A stretch of DNA of 64,000 nt from Pavona decussata (GCA_977016875.1 CDRNST010000068.1:434001-498000); one strand, 5' to 3'; numbered from the stretch's first letter, positions 26,241 through 39,173 are shown. Notes: generated by a model not told the origin, from the sequence alone. Made by a program: numbers and translations.

Positions 26241-26389
26241 TGACCAAGCAACAAGGTTGTTTAAATTAGCCTTCGGGTCTTAGTATCCTTCACAGAAATA
26301 ATTGTCCTAAAGATTTTCGTATCGTCGGCAAAGCATACTACCCCGAATGCGGAATCACTGGTATCAGGCAAGTTGTTAACGAACAATAA
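26240..26389 (-). mobile_element. old CR1/L2-like LINE, RT catalytic segment
   Basis: Minus strand reads LLFVNNLPD...CFADDTKIFRTI and, after a frameshift, NLNNLVAWSE. Confidence 0.65.
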
Positions 26390-26993
26390 AAAAATCGGTA
26401 TTGTGGTTCATCGAACCAGTGAAAGGATTTTGAGAACAGTCGAGTGATACGAACTTTTAGAGATCTGTCTTGAGGCAGGCTGTCACGCTATGCTTCATGC
26501 ATGAGACCAAGAGGCAATGAAAAGGCAATTAACAACTTTGTACTAATTAAAATCTTATCATTTAATATATATATATAGAAAGTGATTATCTGTCCGCAGC
26601 TGTGACCACATTCCACAATACTGTAAGTCGTTTCAATACAAGTTTTAACTGAACCACTATGTTTCCAGCTTTTTCTGTTCTTTATGGTTTAGCAGCAGCA
26701 GTCAAATGAAAAGTATGACGTAGCTTTGTATATACGACTCACTCGTTATTGCGGTCTTCAGGGTTACCACCTTGTCAAAGTAGCTTGAGTATCGATATTT
26801 AAACATTTACTAAAATTATCGGTGAAATCTTGAGCACAGTTGTCTCGCCCAAATAAAAACTATGATGGAAACTAAAACATTTAGACCGCAAGGTCTTGGT
26901 TGAGTTAACCTATCAAATTAAGTTGACAAAACTAAGATTAAAGCAGTGTATAACCGTTTACGATTTAGATCGGTTTAGTGCAACGATTTTCCC

Positions 26994-27337
26994 TACCCTA
27001 TTTATGACCTGACCAAAAATTCTTAAGTTTATAGTGTCTGGTCAACTTCAGTTCAAAAACTCCTGAAGCCTGGCGCGTGACAAGCCGTTGCGGCACTTAC
27101 ACAGTTGCCGTAAACATCATGATGAAGAAGTAGCTTCTTCTAAAAAAAACAAAAAAAAAAAAAAAAAAAAAAAACAATTCAAGACCAGAGCGCAAAAATC
27201 GGTACCCTATTTATTACCAAAACGGCGGCAAAATGGCTAAAATCGATACCCTATTTATGACCAAAACGGCTAAAAGACCATACCATTTGGGGCCGCACAT
27301 ACCTATATAGCCCATATAAGGGAGTACCCCCTCCCGG
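26994..27337. repeat. interspersed repeat with reiterated TACCCTATTTATGACC motifs (MITE-like)
   Basis: The motif occurs three times (~26994, ~27203, ~27247); the repeat ends in GGGAGTACCCCC. Confidence 0.45.
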
Positions 27338-28838
27338 AATTGGTGTTGTTTATGAGATCATTTGTATCACGTTTACTTCAAAAGAAGCTGGATTCAACAA
27401 TATGCCACGAATCAAAGACACCTAAATTTGCATTTCACACCACCGCAGATGTGAAGTGAAGGAAGAGTTAAACTTCATAGTGGAACTTCTTGATCCTGAA
27501 GTAAAATGAGAAATATGACATGGGCCTCAAAGGTTATTAAGTTACACAGTTGCCACTTCTTTGAAATATAAATAATCGAATCAAAAATGACTCGAAGGAA
27601 AACAAACAAATTACACTGGACAAATGAATCAATCAATCAACGAACGAAGGAATGTAAAACAAACTTAGGCCTCAAGTTGGTAACGAATTGAACACCAAAA
27701 CGAAAAGAAAAAAAAGCGACAATACAAAGTCGTTCCGGTCAGTGGTAATCTCATTTTGTCTGGAACTTTCATTAAACGATCAAAGACATCTGACAACCCT
27801 TCATTCTTAAGGCTAAACAATTAAAAAATAGCAGTGCTATAACGGATATTACTGACTTATGGGCAGACTGAACATTGTGCATTGCCGCACAAAAGGCGGC
27901 CTTTTCATTTTCTTTCCAATTATAGGTGAACAGTTCAGATGATCAGCAGGCATTCATAACAGACGCAAATCCTTAGGAAAAATTTAGGAAAGACTCCAAA
28001 AAATAGAATGCACATCGTTCCCATTGGAAAGTGCTCCTCTGAACGGTATGGTCACACTTTTATAGCTTTTTTCTCCACCTGCACAGTCCTAAACATAGCA
28101 AACGCTTTGAGGGAAGAGGGGGAAAGAAGGAGGGGGTCTGCAGAACCCGTTTCCTCTTATTAAAAGCTAGATAGGGGGATATTTCAGTTTTCTTAAGTCA
28201 GATGCTCGATAAAAAAACTCGAGATTCTCAATGAGATATCGTGTCCTTGTAACCATTCCCTTAAAATTCATGTTAAATATTTTTCAGATAAACCATTTTA
28301 CCGGTCGACTCCGAATGGAGCCTCAAAGTTCGATCGTTCTTAACAGCTTGTATAAATGCGTACACAGTTCGGTGGCTTAATGTGACATCTCAGCAAGACT
28401 CCAACCGAAGGCATGTTAGGTTCTTAATTGCCAAAAACACAAGCCTGGGTGAGTCTCTTTAGCATGTCTCTTTTAGGCTTTGCATAAAAGCAATAAAGCT
28501 CATAAGGATGCCAGTGTCTGACAAATAACGGGCCGATTTCATAACCGCCGTAAACAACTCAACGTCGAGGTTATTACTTTTCCATTAATAGCCTTTTATC
28601 AGCAAAACAATCTGTTTATTGTATCCGCCTCAGTGCTATAATTGAGCATTTAACAAAGACCAAAAGCACTTACCACTTTAGAATTGCCTAAAGCAGCAGG
28701 GAGGGATTGCAAGACTCTTAATTGATCGGCGTTCAACATTGGCATTCGAAAGCAGTAAGGTGCGGTAAGGTTGTACAAGTGAACCAGGGAGTGATTATTA
28801 CAATTCGCCTTTTTTATTCCTTAAATCAGTACAGAGGC

Positions 28839-29465
28839 ATGGATAAGTTGAATGGAGAAAAAGTGAAAAATAATTCAAGATATGAACGAGATATACAAAG
28901 GTCCTTTGCAGTTATTTATCATAATCTGAAACGTATACAAGACGAGAGACCAAGTCAAGATCATTCAACGAGAAGAAGGCACAGCGAACCGCAAATTCGT
29001 GCATCCAATACTGGTTTACTACAAAAATACAAAAACACTGCTTCCAGCGAGAGGTCGCATTCTACAACCGCCCAAGCTGCTGACACTAGGAAAAAGAGGA
29101 GAGTAAGTTTTTCTAGCATCGTGAATCACACGTTGATACCAGAAAGCAATGAGTCAAGGACTGTTGATCAAGTTAGTAATTTCTCAGAGAAAGACAAGAC
29201 CCTGGAGACAAATCAAACTAGGTTTAGGAGTCATAGCGAACCGAATGCGCTCTCATCCATTGCTGCAGGGTTGCATAAGTATGACGGCACTGTATCCAGA
29301 GACAAAGAGAGATCGCACCACGAGAGCACCCGATCCGAGATATACAAGACAAAAGTGAATTTTTCTGGTTTCATGGATCAGACATTGATACAACAATTCA
29401 ATGGGTTAAGAACTGGTGATGAAGTGTCTAATTTCCTTGAAAGGGAATCGGCTGCAGAGATGTGA
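28839..29465 (+). CDS. array copy 6 (subfamily C1): 208-aa protein with duplicated C-terminal module and two RVxF motifs
   Basis: GGCATGG start (MDK, as in copies 8 and 9); YERDIQRSFAVIYHNLKRIQD; RRRHSEP...KRRVSF and RSHSEP...KTKVNF. Confidence 0.85.
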   Translation: MDKLNGEKVKNNSRYERDIQRSFAVIYHNLKRIQDERPSQDHSTRRRHSEPQIRASNTGLLQKYKNTASSERSHSTTAQAADTRKKRRVSFSSIVNHTLIPESNESRTVDQVSNFSEKDKTLETNQTRFRSHSEPNALSSIAAGLHKYDGTVSRDKERSHHESTRSEIYKTKVNFSGFMDQTLIQQFNGLRTGDEVSNFLERESAAEM

Positions 29466-32169
29466 CACACACATGGCCTGATACTTATGGCTATCCATGA
29501 AGGTCGGAAATTAAGTTCAAGTAGTTTAAGTGAAGAGTGTAGCCTAGTCCTTTGAAAACGTATGGCTCCCTAAGAACTGTAGGATCCGGAGTTTTGTGAT
29601 GCTAGCACAACAGATGAATTCACAAAAGCATTGACAGTGTTTGCCGTTTTTCCAAGGACGCTTTAGCAGATCAAGTTTGTCCGCAAGCTATCAATGCAAG
29701 TATCAAGGGAAAACTATACCGTATCATGTATCACTCTGTACTATGTAGAATTCCAATCAAACGTCTTCCGTCGTTGGGGAGAACACTCTGGGTCGATTTA
29801 CAACCGACAACGTTTTCGAACTGTTGCTATTTACCATGACCAGAAAATAGAGTATTGAGTTGTCCAATGAAGAATTAAAATGCACGCTAGTTCTATCAAG
29901 CGTATAAATAACAGTACTAGGTATGCAAATTTATGGTGAGAGAAAGAAGCCTAATCGTTTACTAAGAACTGTTTGCTATTGGCACGTAACAGTTACATCT
30001 CGGAATCCATTTAGTAACAAAAAAACCGGCGTAATTCTAACTCGAAACTTGAAGGCAACGAAACGTTTTCTTTCGTAGCATTGCCTTAAATAATTAGACC
30101 TTTCTTGAAAACAAGGGCCCACCTGGAGCTTTTGGAAGAATCCAGATCACTGCACTGATAAATGTACGGTTTAACGCCACCTTAATTTTCAAATTCTTTG
30201 AACAAACTCTAATTGACTAAAAAAAAAGTGATCCAGCACGATCAGTTTTAAGTTTAGTATCCTTGCTGAATTAAAGTCAATCCCTTATCAGTAACTGTTA
30301 ATAGTAATCAGGTGAATATTTCAAGAACACAGGTCTATTCCAAAGGGAAAGTCATTATTCCCTCATTCGTAGACAAAATTAACATTCCATAATTCCAATT
30401 ATTATCATGAACGTGGGAGAGCACCGTGTAACTGCCAATTGTGATACATAACGTCAAATATTTCTTAGATCTATCCTGTATCTTTAGTTACTAAACTTTC
30501 CTGTATCTAGACTCATTGCTATTTGTTTCATTTAATTTCGAACGTACACTATAAGACAGTCGCCGAATGTCTGACGCAGTCAATATGTATTCAACAGACA
30601 AAAGCACGCCAGCCTTTCTTTTAGTCAAAATGATTCAGACAATATATACCTAACACACTCTTTGGAAAAACGCATTTCGCAAAATAGTTGAGGTGACATC
30701 TTGCCCAACTACCACCGAATACTCCCACACCCTCCCCAAATTCGCAGCAAGTTGCAGGTTAAAAACCTCTTTCAATTAGGCCGGGATACTTCATAGGTTT
30801 TCTCATTGAAAACATAGGCATTATTTAGAACACCAATTAAATGATTCGCTCTGTTTTTTCGCTCTCAACAGCAAATGAAGGGCGAAGCTCCCGAATAAAA
30901 ATTGTTTCTTGAAGGGCCACAGCCTTTTAGAATGTAAAATGACAACTACCCCACAAAACATCTCGCGATCGAACTTAACATATCAGTATAGGCAAGAAAC
31001 AGTTAGAAAAGGATCGGTACATACTGTTTTCATTCCGATCGAACCGTAGCTGGCCACTTGCCAGTTATCTCCTGAATGATGTCTGCCTCCTGCTTTGTAG
31101 ATGTAGCCCATTTATGTTCAAATAATGGTTTACTGTAGACGGGCCCTGTCCAATTTATCTCTCTGAAAGTATGTGAGGTATCGCCAGAAAATAGATGCAT
31201 TAAGCCCAGTATAGTCGCAGTACACACAAGTCAAGATCAACTTGAGTGCTCTTAGAAAACCAAAGACTGAAAATTGATAGCAAGTATTTTTGCCGATACT
31301 CGATGGTAAAGTGGCCATTCCTCTGTTGTTGCTAATTAATTTTTTTATTAGCTTATTTGAGTCACACACAACAGAGCATATAAAACAGGTTGAAAGGAAA
31401 TCATTGTTAATAACATATCACTAAATGTGACAAGGAAGCCTTAATGAGACTATATAAGCTTATATGAATAGACTTCCCGAGACTAGATAATTACAACGTG
31501 GCTAAATATAGGGTGAGCAAAGAGAAATAAAAACAACACAGCTTTTAAATCATTTAATTAATTTTTCTTAATTAAAGCATTTCGTGATCCTGACTTTAGC
31601 CTCTTTCGCTTACAAAGTAAAGCAACAAATTGCAGGCACATTCTTTTTATAAAGTCTCCAAGTTAATTCGAAATCTCAATTTTCTAAACGTTCTTACACT
31701 ATTCAATCGCACTCTTTTACCAAAACAAGTTGTTTGCCCGCAGGCTGAACTGAATTGTTATCTCATTTTTCACTTCTACCATTCCTGCTTTGACGCGTTT
31801 TTTTTTCTTTGTTGATTTTTGTTTTGAAACAAACAGACAGAAACGTGGGAAAAGTCGAGTGTTGCGATAGAATGCTACCTTTTACTGTTTTCAAAAACTA
31901 GTAACTGGCAACGGAATGATTGAGCATGGAATGTAGACTTCAGTCATGATGCATACAATACTTGCACTAATCCTGAAAATGGTCAGGATCTTTTTCCTCT
32001 TTATTGCTAGCGCAAATTTGCCGGGAAATTTTCAGGTTGGGTTAAGAATTCTTATACTGGAGCTGGGATGGGACAATTGGGCGATTTTGAAATACCTAGT
32101 AGGGACCAAGTGTTCTATTGCATTTTCACCTGCCTTTGTCCAAATCTTTGAAATAAATTCTGTTTAATA

Positions 32170-34350
32170 CTACATTAAAGCCTACGAGAGATACTTGCCC
32201 CTTGTGAAAGCAAAAGGCAATTATATAAATTTAAGAAGAAAAAAAAAACTTAAATAACGAAGGAGATTCTTAAGTCAAGGAAAACTAAAAAGAAGCTTTA
32301 TAGAAAATTCTTAAATGTATTCGAAAGAAATAAATGAGATAACTGACAAACGTCACGGAAATAAATTTAACAAAAAAAAGTACTGCATAGGAAGCGTATA
32401 ATCATATGAAATTTAATGAATCTAAGAGTAATCTTGGACGTACACTTAGATATTAACAGAAATAGATCCAAAGAGTGCACGTCTTCTAAATTGAAAGAAA
32501 ATGAAGAAATATTAATTACAGTACGAAATGAAATAGCAACTAAATCTAATGAGTATTTTGCCGTTAATGTAGAGCCAAATTTAGCTGCGAAAATACCGGT
32601 AAATCAACAAACGTACAACAAATCTTGTTTGAAGCGAAGAAATATTAACTTAGTCTTTTTAGAACCAGTTACGAAAATTGAGATAGGCAAACAAATCACA
32701 AAATTACATGCAAATAAGTCAAGCAGTTATGATGATATTGATCCAAAGAAAGTTAAAAAACATAGCCACTTTCATTGAAAAACAATTAATGCTCATTTGT
32801 CTCTTTNNNNNNNNNNNNNNNNNNNNNNNNNNNNNNNNNNNNNNNNNNNNNNNNNNNNNNNNNNNNNNNNNNNNNNNNNNNNNNNNNNNNNNNNNNNNNN
32901 NNNNNNNNNNNNNNNNNNNNNNNNNNNNNNNNNNNNNNNNNNNNNNNNAGGTTGGGGAATTAGCAAGACATTAAGTCCTGATGTGGACCTGCGCTATCTA
33001 AAATGATCAATTAATACACACCTAAATATTAAATAACAAAGGATAAATAAATTCCCGATGCATTCTCGACAGCATTAGTTACACCAGTATATATAAGGGA
33101 AATGATTACTAAAAAAAACTTTCAGATCATAGGCCAATTTTTTATGTTATCATGTTATCATGTATCTAAGGTTATGGGCAAAAGAATGATTAGCTTTCTT
33201 GACAAACACGACATCTTATTTAAAAGCCAATATGTATTTCGAGCAAGGCATTCTACCCAACAAGCAATAATAAAATTTATTAAGGAAATATCACGGGAAA
33301 TTGGAAGAAATGAATATACTGTTGGGATAGTTCTGGAGCTTTCCAAGGCATTTGGTACGTTAATTATGAGATACTACTACATAAACTTGAACATTGTGAG
33401 GTACGAAGAACTGCAATGGAATGGTTTAATCTCACGAATAAGAAACATAATAAACTATAAGATGTTTCACTTCTTAGCTGTGGGGTACCGAAGCGATCGG
33501 TTCATGCTCCTTTGTTGTTTCAGTTCTATATAAATGACATTTCAGAAAGCTCCACTGAAACGTTTTGCCATTTCTCCTGTTTACAGATGAAGCAATTTAT
33601 TTTATTGTCAAGAGCTCTTGAAATATTAAATCAAACTGCAAATCAGTCGTGTAAAGTTGCTAATTGGCTTGGAGTGAGTAAAACCCAATTTATTATTTGC
33701 AAAGCCATAAATAAAAGGAAATCCCGTAACTCTGAAATTCAAATTGATAAGCAAATTATTGAACAAGTCAACAGTACAAAGTTCTTGGAATTAAATTTTA
33801 ATAGACAAAGAACTATCTTGGAAACAACATATTAAACAAGTAGAAACCAAAATTTTAAACATGTCAGGTATAATGATCAAGCAAGGCATTATGTATCATT
33901 AAGAACATTATATACCATTTATAATGCTTCAATTCTTTGGGCAAGTACTTATTAAACAAGACTCCAAGGTATTTACAAAATTTAAAAGACGATTGTTAGA
34001 ATTTTGACATTTTCTAAATATAGATGGGGATCAAGGCTGCTATTTCTATTATTAGGGCTACTGAATATAGATGAGTTAAATTCTTATCAGATAGCTGCCT
34101 TGTTTATGTATTCTAACTGTCGTGGAAATTTTACCTTTCACAGATTACTTTTCAAGAAATGACGCTATTCATATACCAGATCTTCACCAAAATTACACAT
34201 AAGCTACAAAAGAACAAATTATGGTAAATTTTCAATTAAGTACAGTATAGAGGAGAAGAAACGTGGGACAGCTTGCCACCAAATTAAAGGACATGAAGTC
34301 AAAGTATATTTTAAAGAGAGAGGTGAAACGATTTGTTCAACTAGAGTAAG
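32170..34350 (+). mobile_element. degenerate CR1/L2-like LINE ORF2 spanning the assembly gap
   Basis: Fragments EIATKSNEYFAVNV, SQYVFRARHSTQQAI, GIVLELSKAF, FYIND and IIEQVNSTKFL, with many stops and frameshifts. Confidence 0.75.
32807..32948. other. assembly gap (142 N)
   Basis: Run of n characters. Confidence 1.
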
Positions 34351-34834
34351 ATTAGGTGTATTTTACGTTCGAATTTTAATGGTTACGGCGAGCACATGCT
34401 TAACGACTACTAAACTCAACTTCAGCAACTGCTCTATATGCAGTCCTAAGTCACGTGATGTCCTCACTAATCCCAGGACTCCACAGCGGAAAAAATCTAG
34501 GTTAGTTAGGTTAGTGTCCCACTTGTCGGCTAGAAAACAAATATTTTAACTGACTGTAAAAATATAATTAATCCAGGGGAACATGTCCCCTGACCGCCCT
34601 AATGAATGGGTATGAACAAACTGCGAGCCATGTGATGATATATGAAAGGCTGATCAGGAAGGCACGCGATTGCAAGATACAAGAAAGGAACTCACATATA
34701 TCTCACAGACTGAGATAATGTAAGTGAGAGCCCAACTGGTGATTAGCTTTATAAATTACATGTAAGGATGGTGGGGTCGAATTATTCCATGCAGCTGAGG
34801 AAGTGTGGAAGAGGGCGCAGAGCCGATGTGACTC

Positions 34835-35124
34835 TAGACTGTTCACAGCCCCCCTATTTTTCCGTGGGATTCTCGAGACCGGTACGCTTCGGTATAAGCG
34901 ACCGCGATCTGGGGAGAGTGTTTAAACTACCGAGGGGAGGGGAGCGGAGTTATTTTTTCGCTTCCCTTCCCCCACTATACTAACACCCACTCCCGCTCCC
35001 CTCGGTAGTTTAGACACTCTCCCCAGATTGCGCTCGCTTATATAAACAAAGATGGCGGCGGTTCCATCGAACCCAACCGGTCTCGAGAATCCCACGGAAA
35101 AATAGGGGGGCTGTGAACAGTCTA
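34835..35124. mobile_element. palindromic MITE with 9-bp TSD
   Basis: Long TIR starting TAGACTGTTCACAGCCCCCCTATTTTTCCGTGGGATTCTCGAGACCGG with its complement at the right end; ATGTGACTC duplicated at 34826-34834 and 35125-35133. Confidence 0.85.
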
Positions 35125-35664
35125 ATGTGACTCCCTCACGGCTATTTCATGTGTACCATCAGAAAGAAACTAGTTCTCAAGGAACAAAATTCCCAGAAAT
35201 TCTGATTGGAACAGGAAATAGTCTTCGATTTTGCACGCATAGCATTCCAACGGTATAAACGTATATACAATCGACAAAGCCCCGCCCAGTAAATTACGAG
35301 CTTGTACCCCCAAACTAAACAACATACAATATTTATGCACCGAACGGGATTTCACAAATGGCTATATGTATGAGAAAACATATGAAGAGTACAGAAACTT
35401 TTTTTTCGCAATACAAGTAGACAACTGAAAATAACTTGAATATAGACCTAGCTGAGTCGAGCAACCTCCCATAAATCAAATGCGGTAAGAACGGTGGCCA
35501 GATAAAAGCGACCAACCAAAAAACCCACGAAAAGAAACATCGTTGGAAATCTGGGTTTAGGAACCACAGCTAATGCTTCAAATGGTTTAATCTTTCAAAG
35601 GCTTTACGAGGGAAAAAGGGGCCGATCATGCGATAGACGAAACCTGAAAAAATAAATGAAGAAA

Positions 35665-35667
35665 AAA

Positions 35668-35718
<51 letters not shown>

Positions 35719-35730
35719 ATACATAAATAA
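35665..35730. repeat. (AAAT)n microsatellite
   Basis: Directly visible. Confidence 0.9.
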
Positions 35731-35995
35731 GGGAGACTACGTAGGAATGAGTGAATGGACCGGGGTCGGTTCTATTCAAGCCTCGATGACCACCGCGTGC
35801 ATTAATAACCTTCCTTTCATACCCCTGCGTTACTACCAATGATGCTTCGGCCCTCGTTGTTTCTCGTGCCGACAAAACGTGTTCTTCTTCGCAAGTTTAT
35901 TCGCCCGTAATAACACCATAGATACACTTGTCATCTCTATTTACTAATTCGCTACCAAACCGACCAATCACAGTTCAGAATCGACTCCATAAGTT

Positions 35996-36172
35996 AATAG
36001 GCCATTACCGAGTTGCTTTGAGCGTTATTGTAAAAGCGAGGCTAAGTGCAAAGTTTTTATTATGAAAATAAGTTTTCATTCATATGCAAACAAACCTAAT
36101 TTTCATATGAAAAGTTTTGCACTTAGCCTCGCTTACACAATGAGGTTCAGTGCAACTCGGAAATGACCTATT
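35996..36172. mobile_element. ~177-bp MITE in the proximal promoter of copy 7
   Basis: 21-bp imperfect TIR AATAGGCCATTACCGAGTTGC / GCAACTCGGAAATGACCTATT; a related copy lies at ~44345-44521. Confidence 0.75.
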
Positions 36173-36256
36173 CCTTTTGACGAATTCGTCCTTGATCGGC
36201 TAAGTGAAGAGAGCTGAAACTTTCTGAATGCAGGATTTAACTTTGTGCCACTCAGA

Positions 36257-36553
36257 ATGGAAACCACAAGAGTCAAAAGCAACGACTCTAAATATCAGAA
36301 GCATATTGAGCGATCCTTCGCGGTGATTTATCACAATCTAAAGCGGATTCACGATGACAACAGGCTACAAGAAGGGAATGGAAAACACAGCCAAACAGAA
36401 CCTCCTAGTCACGAACCACTGCAACTTCACCCCCTCGACAGAGAAAAATCGCATTCCTTGAAGAAAGCTCCGTCAAAGAATATGAGCAGAAGAGTAACCT
36501 TTTCTTTTGATACAGTAACTGGATCAAGTCCGCGTTCATTTCGACTGAATTAA
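36257..36553 (+). CDS. array copy 7 (subfamily C2): 98-aa helix + RVxF protein
   Basis: AGAATGG start; YQKHIERSFAVIYHNLKRIHD, EPLQLHPLD, SRRVTFS. Confidence 0.85.
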   Translation: METTRVKSNDSKYQKHIERSFAVIYHNLKRIHDDNRLQEGNGKHSQTEPPSHEPLQLHPLDREKSHSLKKAPSKNMSRRVTFSFDTVTGSSPRSFRLN

Positions 36554-38142
36554 AACTCTTAACTTGTCTTATATGCGGAGACAGTACAATGGAAGACCAC
36601 AATGGATGGTAAGGATATTACGGACACAAAAGGCAATAATTTTAGAGGCGTACAGTTCCAAGTGACTTATAGTATGATGCCTTGAATGTGGCAAGTGCCT
36701 CACCAAGTAATATTCTCTATACTGACATGGAACACAGTCGCTGGGCTGTGGCGGTAAACTAATTAACACGGCAAAAATCTCAGACGAAAGACGGCCTTAT
36801 TTCGCCAGTCTTGCAATAGATTTAGGAGTTTGACGTGTCGGTATACGTAAGGAAATAAACCGTCATGTGTAACGCGACCGGGAAGGAATTTTACCAATAA
36901 ATAGTAGGAGATTTGTAGAGTACGTATTCGTTAGAGGGCAAGCCTTCCAAGAAACTGGTTAGTGATCGAGAGAAGCAAAGCGCTTTAGCTCCGTTTACCA
37001 GCTGAACAATGATTATGTTGGATAGCCCTGGGAAATTCACTTCTGATTACTTTGATTAACAAACACACACCGACATTTTCTTTTTGTTTCAGTTAACAAA
37101 CATCATTAGTAACAAAATGAAATGCCTGTCAATAAATTGTGAAGCTAGACCATTTTATAACTATTTGTTTTAGAAGTCAGATCAGTAATCAGTAACAGAA
37201 GCAATTTTCGCTAAAGGCGACGTCAGCTGTACAGGAAAACCGCAAGAAAGCGTGATAATTTCCGGGGTGGAAATGCACACACGGCCGATCGAGCTCTTTG
37301 TAAAACTAAAAACCGCACCTCCTGTCTATGAAGGACAAAGAGGTTTTGAAGCAGAAGTTTTTTTCACGTAATTGATATATGAATTTCTCTAAATGAGGCA
37401 TAAGTAGTGTAAATATTAGCGTTCTTATTTAGTATTTCTTTTTAATTGGGTTTTCACATTAAATATTAATATATTTGTATTTAATTAGTTTTCTATCAAT
37501 AAGTTTGATTGTAAACTATACAGATACTTATTCATTTTAGCACGCTGTAATTCATCTACTATGTAATAAAACCACTTATTGTTATTACAATTTAAGCCGT
37601 TTCTTAATACATATTTAAGCAACGGGATTAGTCCGATATAGGCCCGCTTGAGGTTATTATAAGTGGCTGTCGACTTTACATTTATAATAATGGTTTTTAA
37701 AAGCGCAAGAAGCATATAGCCACTTGAGATACAAATTCAAGATCACGCTATCGCAGGGATGGACGTACAGGATCACAATTCACTCACGACTAAGGTCAAA
37801 GATATTTAGAAGTCGTTTTCTTTGTAAATCTCAGAGTTAGGTAGAAATAATGAGGCGACGGTCACAATTCAGCTCAAAGATTTCAAGTGGTTAGTGATTG
37901 CATGGTTAGCGGAACGGAAATATCTGATATTGGTCCCACTTCCCGATATTTTGAAGTCGTTGCCAACCGAGCAGTAAAGGTTCAATTATGTATTCTTGAG
38001 AGCCTACGATACTCAGTGATCATGAGATATACCAAGAGAGGATGAGGTCGTTCATCCTCCCTTGGATACATTGATTCAATCTAAGAAGGCTTGTGAACAA
38101 TCTTTTGTTACATTACATTGTGCGAAGTACTTTGAAAATGGC

Positions 38143-38504
38143 TACTTACGCCACATAGTCTAATTAGGCTATGATAAACGTGGGTTTGACAAAAGCACAC
38201 TTCATTTGAAACAAATAAAATACATTATAATCTTTGAACTATGAAATTCAAAACTTCTCAGCAATTCGCATGTTAATAGAACTCTCGTAAACAAAAATTT
38301 TATTATAATGCCCTCAAATGCAGTTACTTACGCCACATAGTCTAATTAGGCTATGATAAACGTGGGTTTGACAAAAGCACACTTCATTTGAAACAAATAA
38401 AATACATTATAATCTTGAACTATGAAATTCAAAACTTCTCAGCAATTCGCATGTTGATAGAACTCTCGTAAACAAAAATTTTATTATAATGCCCTCAGAT
38501 GCAG
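38143..38504. repeat. near-perfect tandem duplication, 182-bp period, two copies
   Basis: The unit TACTTACGCCACATAG...ATGCAG starts at 38143 and 38325; about three differences. Confidence 0.95.
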
Positions 38505-38776
38505 CGTGCGAATATTTAGGGTAAAAGAAGAACAACACAACGATATACGTATAGGTAGTCTTACACTTTTATCATTTCTCCTTGTTATGGATTTTAAAGC
38601 CGGCTTAGGTTGCTTAAATTAACGGAATTAATAATGACAACCCTTGGTCCCTCCCCTATATCCGCGGCTGGTTTCTAATATTTCGGTGCTAACATTGAGG
38701 TATGGTCCCCCCGAGAGAAAGGCGTTATTTGAGGATGATGCCATGAAGTCTTAATAGAAAGGTATTTTTGAACAGT

Positions 38777-38780
<4 letters not shown>

Positions 38781-38825
<45 letters not shown>

Positions 38826-39173
38826 GAGATACTCGGGTTTCCTATGGGTGGTGCCTGCTAATACAGGAATATTTTTGCGCGGCTTAAAACTATGCGGAGA
38901 AAGCAAAACTTAGCAAACGCTTTTGGTATCTCGAAAGAAAATTGGGGGTAACCATGCATTTTTCAGAGATAATTAAGCTTCAATTTAGGAAAAAAGCCCA
39001 TACATTGCTTCATATTTTGGCGCTTTTTAGAGATATCATTGCTTAATTATCTCTGAAAAATGCGTGGCTACCCCCAATTTTCGTTTTGGATTCCAATAGG
39101 CCTCCCTAAGATCTGCTTTTCCCGCATAGTCATAAACTGCACAAAAATACTTCGATATTAGTAGGCACCGTCC
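38781..39173. mobile_element. TTAA-flanked MITE with GG...CC termini (Kolobok-like)
   Basis: 15-bp TIR GGACGGTGCCTACTA / TAGTAGGCACCGTCC; TTAA at 38777-38780 and 39174-39177. Confidence 0.8.

Noticed and set aside
28914-28946. BH3-only protein interpretation of IYHNLKRIQDE (compare Bim IAQELRRIGDEF)
   Set aside because: The small residue before Asp is Q/H/R, the small residue after the first hydrophobic position is Y/F, and the fourth hydrophobic position is mostly absent.
38143-38504. CRISPR-like or other repeat-spacer array anywhere in the window
   Set aside because: No short repeats with unique spacers were seen; the sequence is eukaryotic and the repeats are tandem duplications or transposons.
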